The translations under genes were made by a program, and so were the position numbers. Positions 12,369 to 26,300 of a DNA stretch of 64,000 bases are shown piece after piece; the first letter of the stretch is position 1, and each line of letters opens with the position of its first letter. The notes below the pieces were generated by a model. The model did no database searches, was not told the DNA's origin, and saw only the letters and a program-made list of their open reading frames with translations. Source of the DNA: Balamuthia mandrillaris (Eukaryota). The stretch covers positions 124,001 to 188,000 of the forward strand of contig JAVKOQ020000064.1 of assembly GCA_031835245.2 (NCBI GenBank), read 5' to 3'.

Positions 12369-15300
12369 ATGACAACAAAACCGATTCCACGAAATGCAAA
12401 TCGAGGAAATTATAATAGTAGCAAACAACAACAACAACCCGGAAGCTCCAACAAACGACAGCAAAACAAAGATTTCTCGCAACACCTGGCCTCCGTGCTG
12501 AACAAGGCCGGTCTCGACAGCTCCATCTATGCCGACTACATCCTGGGCATCATGCAAGGCGGACAGGTCCTCTCCTCTGTTGCTGCTTCTTCGGCAGGAG
12601 GGGCAAAGCAAAAACAGAACGACGTCGACGCCAACGAGTTGAGCGAGCTCAAGGGCATCATTGCAGATATTCTCAGGGGTGCCTCCCATCAGGTATTTGT
12701 CTACTCTTTCTTTTGTTTGTTACCTTTTTCTTGTTTAGTTTGCTTTTCCCTTTGTTTTTTCGTTTTCGTTCTTTCCTTTTCGTTTATCTCAATGTTGTTT
12801 TGCCTCTTGCTAATGCTGCTTCACTACTAGGCCAACGAAGACGCCATCACCCGCTTTGTGGACGAGATATTCAACTTTGGAGATGAGACCATCAATCGCA
12901 AAGAACAAGCAACCTTTACCAACAGCAAAAGCGACAAAGCAAAAGAACAACAACCTCAATCCTCCTCCTCCAATTATTCTTCTCCCTCTCCTTCTGCCGC
13001 TAATAATAACGAAGAAAAAGGAGCAACGCAACCAGGCGACGAATGGATCACCGTTGGAGCGAAGAACAAGAACAAGAGACGCGGAAGAAGAAAGAAGGGC
13101 AGACAATTGGGAGAAAACAACTCTTTTGGACTCCAGTGCCGAGGCTGGTGGCCAATAACAGACGAAGTGATGCGCAAAAGCAGCAGCAACAACGATTCAT
13201 CAATGCTGGAGAATGAGAGGCTCAAGTTCTACGAGTTGACGGAAATGGTAAATCAACGACGAAGAGAGAGAAGAGAAGCAATTCTTCGACAACAACAATT
13301 GCAACAACAGCAACAACCAACCAACCACGCTTCCATTCTGCACCATCCTCTTCATCACTTTCAGTTCAGACATTACAACAACACCAGCAATGTGGAAGCA
13401 GCACCGATCATGTTCCAACAACAAGGACCTTTTACTTCGTTCGGCGCTTCTGAACAGGATCAACAAGTTGTTGGTAGTGGTTCTTCGATGATGAAGATGG
13501 CGCTAACGCCTACACCTGCAGTGCAAAGAATTGGAGTTGAAAGAAGCAGAGGGGAGATGTGGTTCGCTCAAGGCTTGTTGGAAAACGGCGACGCCGTCAA
13601 TAACAACGATAACTACAGCTACCTCAACAACGACGCTAGCAACAATTCTGTACTTCCGCCTTTATCTCCAACTCAACAACCATTCAATAGCATCCCCAAC
13701 ATTAACGACGATAGTAGCATTAATCACCCAGAAACGATGGAAAGTAGTTTGGACATGCTCGCTTCAATGTTTTCAGAATATGGATACGACTTGTTGAAGA
13801 ATCTCTACGAAAGTCATGGTCGCGATATGGAGAGAACAGTTGCCGTTCTGTTGAGTTTAGACGATGATAAAACCAACAACAATAACACTAACGGCGATAC
13901 CAACAACAACAAGACGGCGACAACAGCTTCTGCATCATCATCGCCATCTTCAAAATTCGATTCATGGGACACTATTGCAGACATTCCTTCTTCGCAACAA
14001 GACTATAATAACGGGAGAAGCGGCTCTTTCCACTCCTCTCCATCATCTTCTTCATCCTACGACCACCCAAAGGAAGAAAGTTGGGAAGAATCTTCTTCAA
14101 CTTTAGAAAGTTATTACGAAGACCCCAAAAATATCGTCTGTAAATACTTTCTCAAAGGCAAGTGCTACCGAAAGGATTGTTGGTATTCTCATGAGTTGGG
14201 ACAGGTGACGTGTAAGTTTTGGTTGAGCGGACAATGTCTCAAAGGAGAGACTTGTCCTTTCCGTCATTCCTACGATCCTTCTCATCCCTACTTTCGTGAA
14301 AAACTTCAACGTCAACAGCAGCAACAAAATCAAGAGCTAAACTCTTCCTCTTCTGCTTCATTGCCAGCAAGTTTCTCGTCATCTTCTCAACCGATTGCTG
14401 TCGCAAGGACAGCAACCACAACTATGTCTTCCTCTCCTTCTTCTGTTCCTTTCTCGCCTCCAGCCACTTCTCATTATCAAAACGCTTTTTCTTCTCCGTC
14501 TGCGTCTTCTTCATCCTCTCCTTCTCAAGTTGATTCTTTCTTTGCCGCCTTTTCTCCTGGCTACTTCTACTCTCCTGCTTCCTCTCCTCCGACTTCTTCC
14601 CCTTTTCCTTCTCTTTCTTCCTCTTCTACTTCCTCTGCTTCCTCTTCTACTTCTGGGGAATTGTTGACTCTTGCCGCCAAGTTAAAGTTGGAAAAATTGG
14701 AGAAGGAGTACGAACATTCCGGACTGGAGAGAAAAGTGGTTCAGGATATTTACCTGTCGACAGGAGGTTCCTACGATAAGACCACTCGCATCATCTCGGA
14801 GCTCTATCCTTCCGTTCAACGCAAACAACTTCCGGTGGAACGAGCACCGCAACTCTCCATTCGAAAGCCGTCTGCTTCGCCCTCAGCGGAGGGAAGTGGA
14901 GCGGTACCGCAAGATTTGAAGTGGGTCTCCACTGGAGATACTGTCAAGAAACGCTATCTTCTTCTAAGGTATTATTTTCAAGCTTCTTTGTTATATTTGT
15001 TTGTTTGCTTGTTTGTTATTTCCTATTTCTCACTTTTTTTTCTTCCCTTTTTGTTCTTTCTTTCTTCCTTTTTTCTTTTTACAGGGAGGAAGCGATTCAA
15101 CACGCCAAAGCAAGGAACAGGTTCTTTCACGAGGCCACACAAGCCTACTTGAAAGGCGATAAACTTGCCGCAAAAAATCTATCACGAAAAGGTTTGTTTT
15201 CTTTCTTCCTTTCTTTCTCTTGTTCTCCGCTTCTCATTCTCTCTTTTCTGTCTTCACTTTCTGCTCTTCTCCTCATTTATCTTCATTTTTTTGTTAAACA

Positions 15301-15725
15301 AAGGACGAGAACACCACGAACAAATGAAACAACTCAACATGGAAGCCGCCGAGCAGATCTTCCAAGAACGCAACAAGCTCAACGGACCCGGCCGCGAGAA
15401 CATGGTCGACCTTCACGGCCTTCACGTCGAAGAGGCTCTGTACATACTCGAACGTTTCCTGGACCAAAGCTACCTCTACCCCTCTTCCTCTGCTTCCTCC
15501 TCCTCCCCTTCCTTTGAAAACGGAGCCTTTGCTCTCCCGCATGCGCAACAAAGCTTGAGGCCCAAGTTCAGGCACGTGTTCGTGGTGACGGGCACGGGCC
15601 ACCACTCGATGCACCAAAAGGCCAAGATCCTGCCGGCCGTCAAGAACTACCTGCAGGAGAACGGCTACGAGTTTGTGGAAACCTCCAAGGATGGTCGTGG
15701 CGGCTTGTTGAGAGTCACCCTTTAG
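12369..15725 (+). CDS. CUE + tandem CCCH zinc finger + DUF1771/Smr endonuclease protein
   Basis: CUE-like LASMFSEYGYDLLKNLYESHGRDMERTVAVLL. Two CCCH fingers: CKYFLKGKCYRKDCWYSH and CKFWLSGQCLKGETCPFRH. DUF1771-like ARNRFFHEATQAYLKGDKLAAKNLSRKG. Smr motif VDLHGLHVEEAL...VVTGTGHHS. Confidence 0.88.
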
Positions 15726-15996
15726 ACAAAAATAAAAAGCTAAAATAAAATAAAACGAATAAAAATAAGATTTTTTATTATTTTAATGTTGATCATATTT
15801 TGATCAAATGATCATTTTGATTTTTGATTGGTGCTTTAAAAACTAATGTCGTCACGACGGTAGGAATGATCGAGGGGCCGTAAATTTTGCCTTTATATGG
15901 AGATACCCGATCGTGATGATGACAATGAAGGATTCCCAATCGAATAAAACTTTCAGTTTATGCACGCAGACAGAAAGAAGCAAGCACACACCGAGC

Positions 15997-17587
15997 ATGC
16001 CGAGACCAAAACGCGTTCAACGCCCCGGCTCCCTGCAGCTAGGGTTGGTGTTGATGTTGGTTTTTTTGGGTTTGGTGGAGGGAGGAGAGCCAGCACCGCT
16101 TCCGCGGCAGTCGATGGCCAGTGGTTACCCTTCCTCGTTTTCGGTCATCGTTCCGGCTCATAACACTGGACCTTACGTTACAAGAACACTGAAGAGCGTC
16201 GAGGACAGCATCAGCTACTTTTTTAACAGTATCAGTGAGGAAAAACAAGTGGATAATACCCTTTCATCCTCCTATTGTTTGCTTTTTTGACCTTTCTCGT
16301 TGATGTATCTTTTGCAGGTGAAAGCAGAGGTAATAGTAGTCGATGACGCTTCCTATGACAACACCCTTAGCAAGGTCATGAGCTTTGTGCAGAAGAGGAG
16401 ATCTCAGTCCCATAGGCACGGTAACGTCACATGGAAAGTCCTGTCTTTGCCGCAACAGGTCCTAGCAGGGGCTGCACGCAACCTCGGTGTGCTGCACTCT
16501 CAAGGAGAAGTTTTATTATTCCTTGATTCGGATGATTTGTATCATCCGGAACACATTGGGCTTTGCTTCACGTCGCTGGCAAAGAACTGGAGAACACATT
16601 CTATGGTACGCCAGCTCGATTGAACTCTTTTGTTATGTTGGTAGCGTTTGTTGCTGATGGTATTCCTAACTCCTCTCTCTGGTTGGCAACGTCGTCGTAG
16701 GTGTCAACGGGAGTTCATTTTGAACTCGAGGGGATTCCTGCGGAAAGGCAGCAACAGATAATGGCGTGCCTCCCCCAAAACAAGTGCCTGTTTCGCAATT
16801 ATCATGACTTTGTGGAAGGCTTTCCAGAGCAAATGGTTTTCTATAAGTACAACGACATTGGATACGTAAAAGCGCTTGGTGCCCTCCATCCGCTCACAAG
16901 GAGTGTACGTAGAGAACAAAGAAGAGAGAAGAGTGAGAGAGAGAGAGAAGCGTGTACTGACATATGTTGCTGGAGAAAAGCATTCAGCGGAGACTGTGAC
17001 CTACAAACTCTATCCGGGCAACTCTTTGGACAAACACCGCGACCGGTTTACCGCGCCTCTCGGCACAGTACAGAAGCATGAGGATGCTCACTCACCAGAA
17101 GGGCTTCTGCGGGACATCCTGGCGGCGACACACGTGCAACACCTTCAGGAGAAGGCAGATGCTCTCCGCCAAGGTTTGTGTAAAAGGCTTTGTGTTCATT
17201 CCTTCAGCATCCTTCCGTTAAACAAAGGATTCTGTTAAACAGGGCGAGAAGGGCAAGAGAACCCGTTCTGGGCAACACATTCGTATCGTTTCAAACAGGC
17301 GGTTAAGGACTGCAGTTGCCAGTACCACGGGAGAAGCATCGTGGATGTGAAGTAAATCATTCGCCGTCCTTCGTATATGTTGCATTGTTAGCACTTGTAA
17401 CGTTCCTTTCTTATTCGCAAACAGTCGGCAACGGATAATGGAGTTTGCAGAGGAAGAACGGAGGCGCGGCCGACACCAACCGCTGGAGTGGGTACAACAA
17501 GTCTTGGCCTCAGCTGATGCATATGGCAGGCGGCACCAATGGAACAACGGCTTTTCTCTGTGTCCTGGCTTGTTTTTGTTCTCATAG
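15997..17587 (+). CDS. Glycosyltransferase family 2 (GT-A) with N-terminal signal/TM segment; 3' end approximate
   Basis: FSVIVPAHN, EVIVVDDASYD, GAARNLG, LLFLDSDD (DxD motif). Confidence 0.85.
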
Positions 17588-17646
17588 GGAGAAATACAAG
17601 CCATCCTCCTTTTATTGAACGGTGAGCAAAGTTTCGAAAAGAGAGC

Positions 17647-19198
17647 TCAGAGGGTTTGGATGTTGTAGGTCATGCGGCAACAATTGTTGCCAGAAGAGCC
17701 TAAACCACAACCATTGCACAAGAAACCTTCCGTCCTGTTTTCTTCTGTTGTTTTGTCACCACATTTAGCGCAGAACAACTGTTGATGAAGAAAATCGGTT
17801 AGCAAAGAAACTTAAATAGAACATGAAAGAGAAAGAGAAAGAGAAAGAGAAAGAGAAAGAGAAAGAGAAAGAGAAAGAGAAAGAGAAAGAGAAAGAGAAA
17901 GAGAAAGAGAAAGAGAAAGTGAGAGTGAGAATGAGAGTGAGAGTGAGAGTGAGAGAAAGACCTTTTTGATACCGCACATCTTGCACAGTTTTCCAGGGTG
18001 TTTGGTCCCACCAAAAGCAGCAGCACAAACCATACAACCCGGCGAAGCACAAGACGAGCAAAGAACAGGGCGAGGGGCGGTGCCAATGCCACCCACAAAC
18101 TTATTGCAGCGAGTGTATCCTCTGCTCAAACGTTCGATGCGCTCCTCTCTTAAACCGACGGTGCGACGAAACATTGCTGCAAATAAAACCTAAGAATTGA
18201 GATGTAAGAGGAAGAATAATGCCTGAAGGATGAAACAACAACAAGATGAAGAAGAAAAAGAAGCAGAAGCAGAAGAAGAAGAAGAAGAAGAAGAAGAAGA
18301 AGAACAAGAAGAACAAGAACAAGAAGAACAAGAAGAAGAAGAAGAAGAAGAAGAAGAAGAAGAAGAAGAAGAAGAAGAAGCAGCAGCAGCAGCAGCAGCG
18401 GTAAAAGAAGATGGAATGAGTACGTACCACAGGAAGAGGAAAGTCTCCTTGCTTTTCAAAACGTGAATCTAGACCTTCTTTCGAGTCTTGTCCAGAACCC
18501 TCCTCTACACTCATCCTATTTTCGAAACAGAAGAAGAAAAACATATGGACGTTAAGAAGAAGAACAAGCACACGCACAAAAACAAGCTAAATGCGGATGT
18601 GACAAGACGCTAACTAAAACAGAAAAACTTACACGCCACTTCCATTGTCTTTGTTCTCACTCCAGGTCCAGTGGACAGGGGACCTCCACCGGATCGAGTC
18701 GTTTTGGAAGCGTTGCCTCTCCTTCTGCCAGGTCATCCTCCAAAAGGGGGTGGAGGGGTCCTCGGGGAAGAACCACTCGGCCGTTCCGCTGCCACCATTC
18801 CAAACGCCTTTGCCATAGGCACCTCCACCCCCTTCAGAGGAGGAGGAAGAACAGATCAATTCGTGTCCATTCCATTGGAACTCGACGTTGGAGGCCTTGA
18901 AGCCTGACACGCAGGTCACCACGCCGTTGCGGTACGTCCATTGCTCTCCAGCCGAAGAGAGGTTGCCACGAAAGTAGTCATCCAGCCATTCATTCTTTGT
19001 CTGTTTTTGTTTTTAGAGAGAGTTACGATTAAAGTTCTTGAGAAGAAGGAAAACAAACATTTTTTTTTTAAAAAAAGAGCGTACAGTGGAAGAAGAAGAA
19101 CTGGTTGAAGAAGAAGCGCCAGCAGAGAGAGCTGTTCCACACTCAGTACAGAAACGTGCGGAGGCAGCCACTTGCACCCCACAGTTTGGACAATACAT
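17647..19198 (-). CDS. Zinc-ribbon + Trp-rich domain + PHF5/Rds3-like Cys-rich domain protein
   Basis: N-terminal MYCPNCG...FCTECG zinc ribbon. The spliced C-terminus reads CNKF...LCSSCASPGCMVC...LCKMCGIKK|LFCAKC...LCNGC...NCC. Confidence 0.7.
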
Positions 19199-19424
19199 CG
19201 CGAGCCCAACCTCTTTTTCTTTTCTTTCGCAAAATGAAATTCATTCTATGAAAAAAAATTGCAAAAATATACAATATCCAACATTTCTCGTTCACATTGA
19301 ATATATTCGGAGTTTATCCAAAAATATCAACATTATGGAAAATAACGATCTTGCTCCTGATCGGCTTGAGGAGTCCCTGAAAACGACTTGAAAAATTTTT
19401 CTCACGCACGCCGGAAAATGCAGT

Positions 19425-22065
19425 TTAATCAATGCTATTCAGGCCGTCAGCCTCTTCATCCTCCACGTCCTCCACCACTTCAATTCTGCTCCTCACCCCT
19501 TCCAAGTTCTCTCGTTCCTTTTCGCCTTCTTCTTCTTCCTTTTCTTTCCCTTTGCCTTCTTTCATAGCAGAAGCAGAAGAAGAAGGACAGGAAACGGTGA
19601 AAGGAAGCGGAGTAGGAGGCTTTGGCCGATTCTTTAACCGTTCTGCTATTCCGCCGTCGCCAGCTGGGCTCACGTTGGGCTTCTTTCCGCAAACGAGCTT
19701 GTGGCCGCCATCCTTCCAATCGATGGCCTGACACTCTCTCGAGCAGTAAGGTACGATGCGACCGATCTTTCTGCAGAAGGAACAGACCTGAAACTTTCGT
19801 CCTCCGGTACGCTCAAACTCCTCGCATTGCTCGCGAGAACATTTTCTGGCATCGGTCGTTTCCAGTTGGAAGAGATAAGGGTTGTTCTTTTTGGAGGGTG
19901 GGATGGAAGAAGAGGAGGAGGACGGTTGAGGAGTAGGTGGAGTTTGGCTGGTTTCACTGTATTGAGAGGATGAAATGAGAAAAAAGAATAGAAGCAGAGA
20001 AGCAGAGAACGAAAACAGGAGTAAGATAAGCAAATAGCAAGAGGATTAGGGAAATATGTGCGTACTTCAAACCATCCTTCAGCAAGGAGGTAGCTGGTGC
20101 CAAGTCATCAAAAGGAGTGCCCATGACATTAGACACCACTTTCGACACAAACGTCAACAACACAAATCTCCGACTGACTGTTATCAACTCCTCCATGCTC
20201 ACTTCCAACGGCGATTTCTTCTTCTGCTCTTGTCCTTCTTCTGCTCCCTCTTCCTTTCGTCGCCGAGAAAGAATAAACTGTTCCACAAAAGGATCCACTT
20301 TGACTTGTTGCGGATCGTTGTTCAGAACGAAGCTCAACAGTTGCACAAAGGAAACGCCGTGATTGCTCGCCAGTTCCTTCGGGCTTAGCTCAGGGCAATA
20401 TAGCACAGCACTTGCATACTATCCATTCGCCATCGAAATGAGGAACTGTCGGCTCTCTTTCAATATCAATTCTCTGTCCTCTTCCATCAGCGCTTCTTCA
20501 TCTTCGTCATCTTCATCAGCTTCGTTTTCAGCGCCTTCTTTTATCTCTTCTATTTTCGCTTTTTGGTCGTTTTCGTTTCCGTTTGCACCTTCTTTCTTCT
20601 TTTGCTTTAGGCCAGTCCAAATGCGAAGAAACCGTTCTCTGTGGAGCGAGCAATATTCCAAGAGAAGTTGACGACCTCTTTCGGCTGATTTCTCCAAGTA
20701 ATGAAGTTCGTTTTTCGCTCCAGCTTGCTTTTGGATGTTCTTTTCGAGATTTTGTCTTCGTTGTTGCTGTTGACTTTGTTTTTGTTTGTTGAAGAGAGAA
20801 ATGCCAGAAAGCAGAGACTCTACTTGCTCTTCGTCTATTTCATAGTCGTCTTTTTTGTTTGTTGTTTGTTGTTCAATTTCTTCTTTGTCGTTTTCTTCTG
20901 GTTTTGGCGTTTGTTCTGTTTTCTCAACTGTAGATGCTTCCGGTTTTGGAGCGTTGTTGTTGGCGTCGGGAGTTGCTGTCTTGTTTTTGACGTTCTCCCA
21001 TACATTCTTGATGGTTCGTTCATCTCTAAGCCTCTCTTCCTTTATGTTGAAAATAAGAACGAACATTAGTTCTTAAAAAGGACGATAGAGGAAAGAATGC
21101 AGAAGAACAACAAACGTTTTGTCTTCGTTTAAGATCGGCGAGATAGTCGTTAGCGGGCATGCCTTGCAACGCTCCGTCATACACGTCCAAATAGCGCAGA
21201 AAGAAAAAGGCAAGCTGGGGCATGAAACAATTCCAGCACTTCTCCTCATCAAAGCTTTCTCCCAAACAGAACTTTTGTTGGTGTCTTTTCGTGAGAATAG
21301 AAATGAGAGAGAGAGAGAGAGAGAGAAAAGAGAGAAGCAGAAAACGAGAGAAACAGAGAACGAGAGAATCAGAGAACAAGAGAAGCAGAGAACGAGAGAA
21401 GAGAGAGCACAAGAGAACGAGAGGACGAGAGAAGCAGAGAACGGGAGAACGAGAGAAGAGAGAGAGAGAGAAGCAGAGAACGAGAGAAGCAGAGAAGCAA
21501 CAAACCTCAGCAAAGTATCTCATCTTCTCTTTGGCCGACTGCTGCTTGAACGCCCTTTGCAAGGCGACAATGGTCCCCACCGTCTCCTCGCCGATCTCTC
21601 CGCCCAGCTCCTCGTCCGCCTCCTCCTCCAGCACCTGCATCATGGCGCTCAGGGCCTGGAAGAAGGTCTCCTTGTTCAGCCGCTTCTCCACCGCGTCCTC
21701 GTAGGCCCTCAGGACGGTGCTCTGGTTGTAGTCCGGCGGGATGAGGGGCTGCATCTTGGGCTGGTGGTTGTAGCGGAGGGAGAGAGAGGTGGCGTTGGCG
21801 GTGAGCTTGGCGAAGGTGGGGTCGTCCAGCATGTGGAAGAGCATCTCGTGAAAGTTGTCGCGGTGCTCGTCCCAGTAGGCCACCGCGTATTGGTAGTTCT
21901 TGAGAAAGCCCTCTGTTGTTGGTTTCGAATGAGCGAGTGAGTGTTGAAAAAAAAAGTAAATCGAATCGATGAGAAGAAACGGATTTGTTCTTCTAGCAAA
22001 AAAAAATAAAAACAGAAGAGATGGATGAGTTTACCACAGTCGAGACGAGAGAAGAGGGAGTTCAT
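19425..22065 (-). CDS. MYND zinc-finger protein (multi-exon)
   Basis: CSREQC...CSFC...YCSRECQAIDWKDGGHKLVC. The first exon MNSLFSRLDC splices to GFLKNYQYAVAYWDEH. Confidence 0.8.
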
Positions 22066-22400
22066 GATGAAGCAGTGGTTTTTTTCGTTTAAAAAAAAAA
22101 AGAGAAGAGAAGCGAAAAGGGCGAATCCGATGATCAGCAGCAGGCAGCAAACGATCGTTTCTGGCTCGTTTTGTGCGTCAAAAAAGTGGGCAGAGATGGA
22201 CAACGAGAGAGGACATGATCCTTCAAAAAATTCACGTCGACATGGAGTAATCACCACGTCGACGTGACATACGGACATGAGAGATGTCCACTAGTCGCGA
22301 GCCAGGAGAGGAGCGAGGACAGGAGAGCGCAATAAATGAATGAAATAATTTTTGGTTTTCGCAAAAGAAGAAAAAAATTGAGAGAAAAGAAAAGAAAAAA

Positions 22401-23303
22401 ATGGAATATGACGAGCTTGACTCCATCTTGGCCTCCTTTCAGGAGGCGGACGGCTGCTACGACGGCAAGAAGGCCACCCCTAAGGCTACAGCCGTTCCAG
22501 AAGGTTTCTTTCTTTCTTTGTTCTGATTTCGCCATTCTCTCTAAACCGTGGATTGGATGATTTATTTTTTTTTTCATCAGTGGACTATTTGGATAGTTTT
22601 CTGAGCGAATTGGAAAACGGCCTCACGTCCAACAGCACCGGTGCTTCCTCCTCCTCCCCCTCGGCTCCTTCTCCTTCCTCACGTTCTGCTAGCACCGCCG
22701 CCGCCACCGCCAAAAGGCAACAACCCGATGACCCCAAATTCCTCAACAAGATCGACTCGATCCTCGCCGCCCCTTCTCGTCCCGCTCCTCCTCCCCCTTC
22801 TTCCTCTTCTTCTTCCTCCTCTTCTCCTTCTGGTGCTGCTGCTGCTGTTGCTGCCCGGCCCTCAAAATCCAAAACCAAGTCCAAAAGCGGAAGCAAAAGG
22901 CAATCTCGTTCTAGAAAAAATTCCTCTGCTTCTTCCTCCTCCTCCTCCTCTTCCTCTTCCTCCTCTTCTTCTTCTGCTTCCACCTCCTCCTCTACCTCCG
23001 ACTGGAAGACGGTCAGGAACATCAAGGCCGTTGGGGCGGGGGGAAGAGCAGGCCCCGTCAGCCTGGACACGGAGGAGGAGCTGCAGGCGCTGGCCCAGGA
23101 GGTCAGCTGGGAGGAGCAAGGCTTTGTGGAGGTGCAGCCCTCCCCGCCCGGCTCGTTTGGTGCGGGAGGAGCGCCGGCTGGAGCGGCGGCCATATCCTTG
23201 GACTCAGCGGAGGAGTTGGAGGCCCTGGAGAGGGAACTCATGGGCGGTAAACGTTTTCAGGTTTGTCTTGTCAACTGTTTTTTTTCTGAGATGTTGTTCT
23301 GTG

Positions 23304-23349
<46 letters not shown>

Positions 23350-26300
23350 TCTCTTTATCTTATCTTCTTCGCTCTTTTCTCGTTGCCTCTTTCAGTAACC
23401 AACATCTTTTTTTTGTCACGTTTAGCCCGCACCCTCTCCTGTACCATCTACTCCCTCTGCAGCTAAACCGCAACCACTGCCTCCAGTGCAAACCATGCCA
23501 ACTCCCCAACCCCTCACTGCCTCCTACTCTTCCGATAATCTCGTGCCTCCCGGCAGGTCCTCTTCTGCTTCTCCCAATCTTAACCGCAAAACTTTGGGGG
23601 ATGATGACATTGACAGCCTTCTCGCTGAAATATCTCCTGCCACCATTCGTTACATTGGCAACTCTAACGTTAACGAAAGGAGGCCGTCTGCTTCTTCTAT
23701 CTTTGAGACTCGAGATGAGGAGGTGAAGCAACAGCCGCACCAACGAAAGGCGAGTTTGACAGGAAGTAATGCGCCGACACTTCGCAGCGAGATGGCTAAC
23801 TTTGAGAACCTTTTGAAAGAATTGGAGGGAAGCGTTTCTTCGGAACCTCCTTCTCCTGCTTTTGTCTCTCAACAACAACAGCGACCTCCACTGCAACAAC
23901 AACAAAGACCACAGCAACCATATCAACCTCAACCACAACAACGAACCAGTCCTTCACCAAGTCCACCAGGATCCTCTTCTGCTCCTGCTGTCGCTTTGTC
24001 CTCATTGGAAGATTTAGAGGCAATAGAAAGAGCTCTGTATGGTGGAGGAGGAGCAAACAAAAGTGGCGCGTCTTCCTCAGCTAAAGGAGGTTCCGTCGGT
24101 GCTGTATTCTCTTCGTTGGATTCTGTCGTCTCTCGTTCTTCTCAACAATACGCCCAAATGCAAGCGCAAGCAACTACTTCGCCTGCGTCTCCTGCTCCTC
24201 CTCCTTCTCCTCCTTCTGCTGTTTCTTCTTCAACTTCCGCTTCTTCAATTCCTTCGTCGCTTGCTGCTGCTGTTTCTTCGAAGGAAAGTGCTCTTTCTCC
24301 AGTAACAAAAGAGAAGATGAGAAAACTTGGGTTTATTGATAGAGAGGCAGCTCCCAACTTTAATTATGTCAGCGGAGTTGTGGATGGCAAAGGAAGTATG
24401 TATTCTCGTGTTATCTCGAGCTCTTGCTGTTCATTTTAACTCATTCTTTTAATAATTTTCCATGATAGGCACATTGGCAGATGATCATGCCAAAGAGAAA
24501 CAAAAAGCCAATTTGGATGTACTTTTAGAGTCGTTGGACGGTCGCGAAGCCTCTAGAAAGAGAGAAGAGGAGTTGGCAGCACAGCGCAAGAAAGAGGAGG
24601 AGCAAAAAGAAGTCAACTCATTGCTGGAAGGTTTGGACAGCGAATACGAGAACAAGTTGAGGGAAGAGAAGGAACGCGAAAAGGCAGAGAAAGAAAAAGC
24701 GTTACGAGCAGAAGAAGAGAAAAAGAGAGCGGAGAGCAAGAAGGTCAACTTGGAGGCTTTGGAGAGCATGGTTGAGAACTTGTCGCCCTACGGATTTTGG
24801 GATGAAAGCAAAGGAGGTATAATTTTGTTATAGTCTCCCTTTCACTTCATTGTCCCTTCTCTTTCTCATTCAATATCCAGCGACTAATTACATTTTTTTC
24901 GAACAGCACCAACTCGCCCTGCAGGCTATCAACATCCAGCACAACAGCAACAACAACAAGCTGCTCAAACTCAACTCCAAATATCTCAACGTTTGTACCT
25001 CTTTGCTCTTCTCTCTCTGTTTTGCTTTTTTGCTTAACAAAAAAAATTCAATACCAAAACACAAAAGGAGAGGAAGAGTACAACAAGATTCAACGTCTGT
25101 ACAAAGACTTGGCCAACATGACCGCTCAAAACTTGTGGACTGGCGTTGGTTCCGCTCAAGTGGACGTGCAAGCCATGACTAACTTCATCAAACAGTGCGT
25201 GGCACAGGCGCGTGCCACTGCTGCACAAATTACAGACAATCCTCAAAAGGTTTCTTCACTGCTTCTTCTTTCTTCTTTCTTCTTTCTTTTCTGGTATACT
25301 TTCCCTTTTTCCTTTTGCTGTGTTAACTTTCCAAAACAACAAAATCAAAACGTATAGAAAGATGCTATCATCAACAACGCCAAAGAATGTGTGGCTGCCA
25401 TCCCGCCCTTCATCTCTGCCCTGAAGAACTTGAACATGGAAATCGCACATCAACGACAACAACGATCCGGAGATCCCGTTGAGAAACAGCTTCTTGAATC
25501 CCTGTTCAAAGCGACTCAGGTGGCTAGAATCAAAGTTCTCACAAGGTTTCTTTCTTCTCTCTTCCCTCTTCCCACGTTCTTGCAGCTCTCTTCTCTTTTT
25601 CCCTCCATGTCTTCTTTTCTTCTCTTTTCCGTAACTCCTTTTCTTATTCTCTTCGATTTTCTTTCAGCTACAACACCCTGTTGGAATCGTACATTTACAC
25701 AACAGAAGCGCCCGCCGATAAAATCGGTGATGCCGGAACCATGAACCCCTACGCACGACCGGTCGCCCCAGGAGCTTCATTCCCCGATCAGAATCCTCCT
25801 GCCTTCACTCATGGACAGCCCACCAAGCAACACGTTAACGATCCAGAGGACGCCAAGAATGCGATTCTCTATTCCGTATGACCCCTTCCTGCTTTGCTCC
25901 TTCTCCTTTTTTTTTATTCTCTTTTTTTTAACTTCTTGCTTTTTCTTGTTGCCAACTAACACATAATGCGACATTATAGTTTAGAGACTTTTATTTGGGA
26001 ACAACGCCACCGAAGGCAAATACTTTGGAGGCGCTGAACTATGTGCCTTGGCGGCCGACTCTGACTATGAGAGACTATTGCGCGGAGAGCATCCAGCAGT
26101 TCAAGACCATTGTGGAGGTGGTAAACTTGCCCATGAAGAGCTATAATTTTAAAAATTTTAGCGATACCATCACCAAGGTTTGTTTTTCGTTTTTCATTTT
26201 GCTGTTGTCGTATGTTGTTCTTGTTGTTCTTGTTCTTTTTGTTCTTGTTCTTTTTCTTCTTGTTCTTCTTCTTGTTCTTGTTCTTGTTCTTGTTCTTGTT

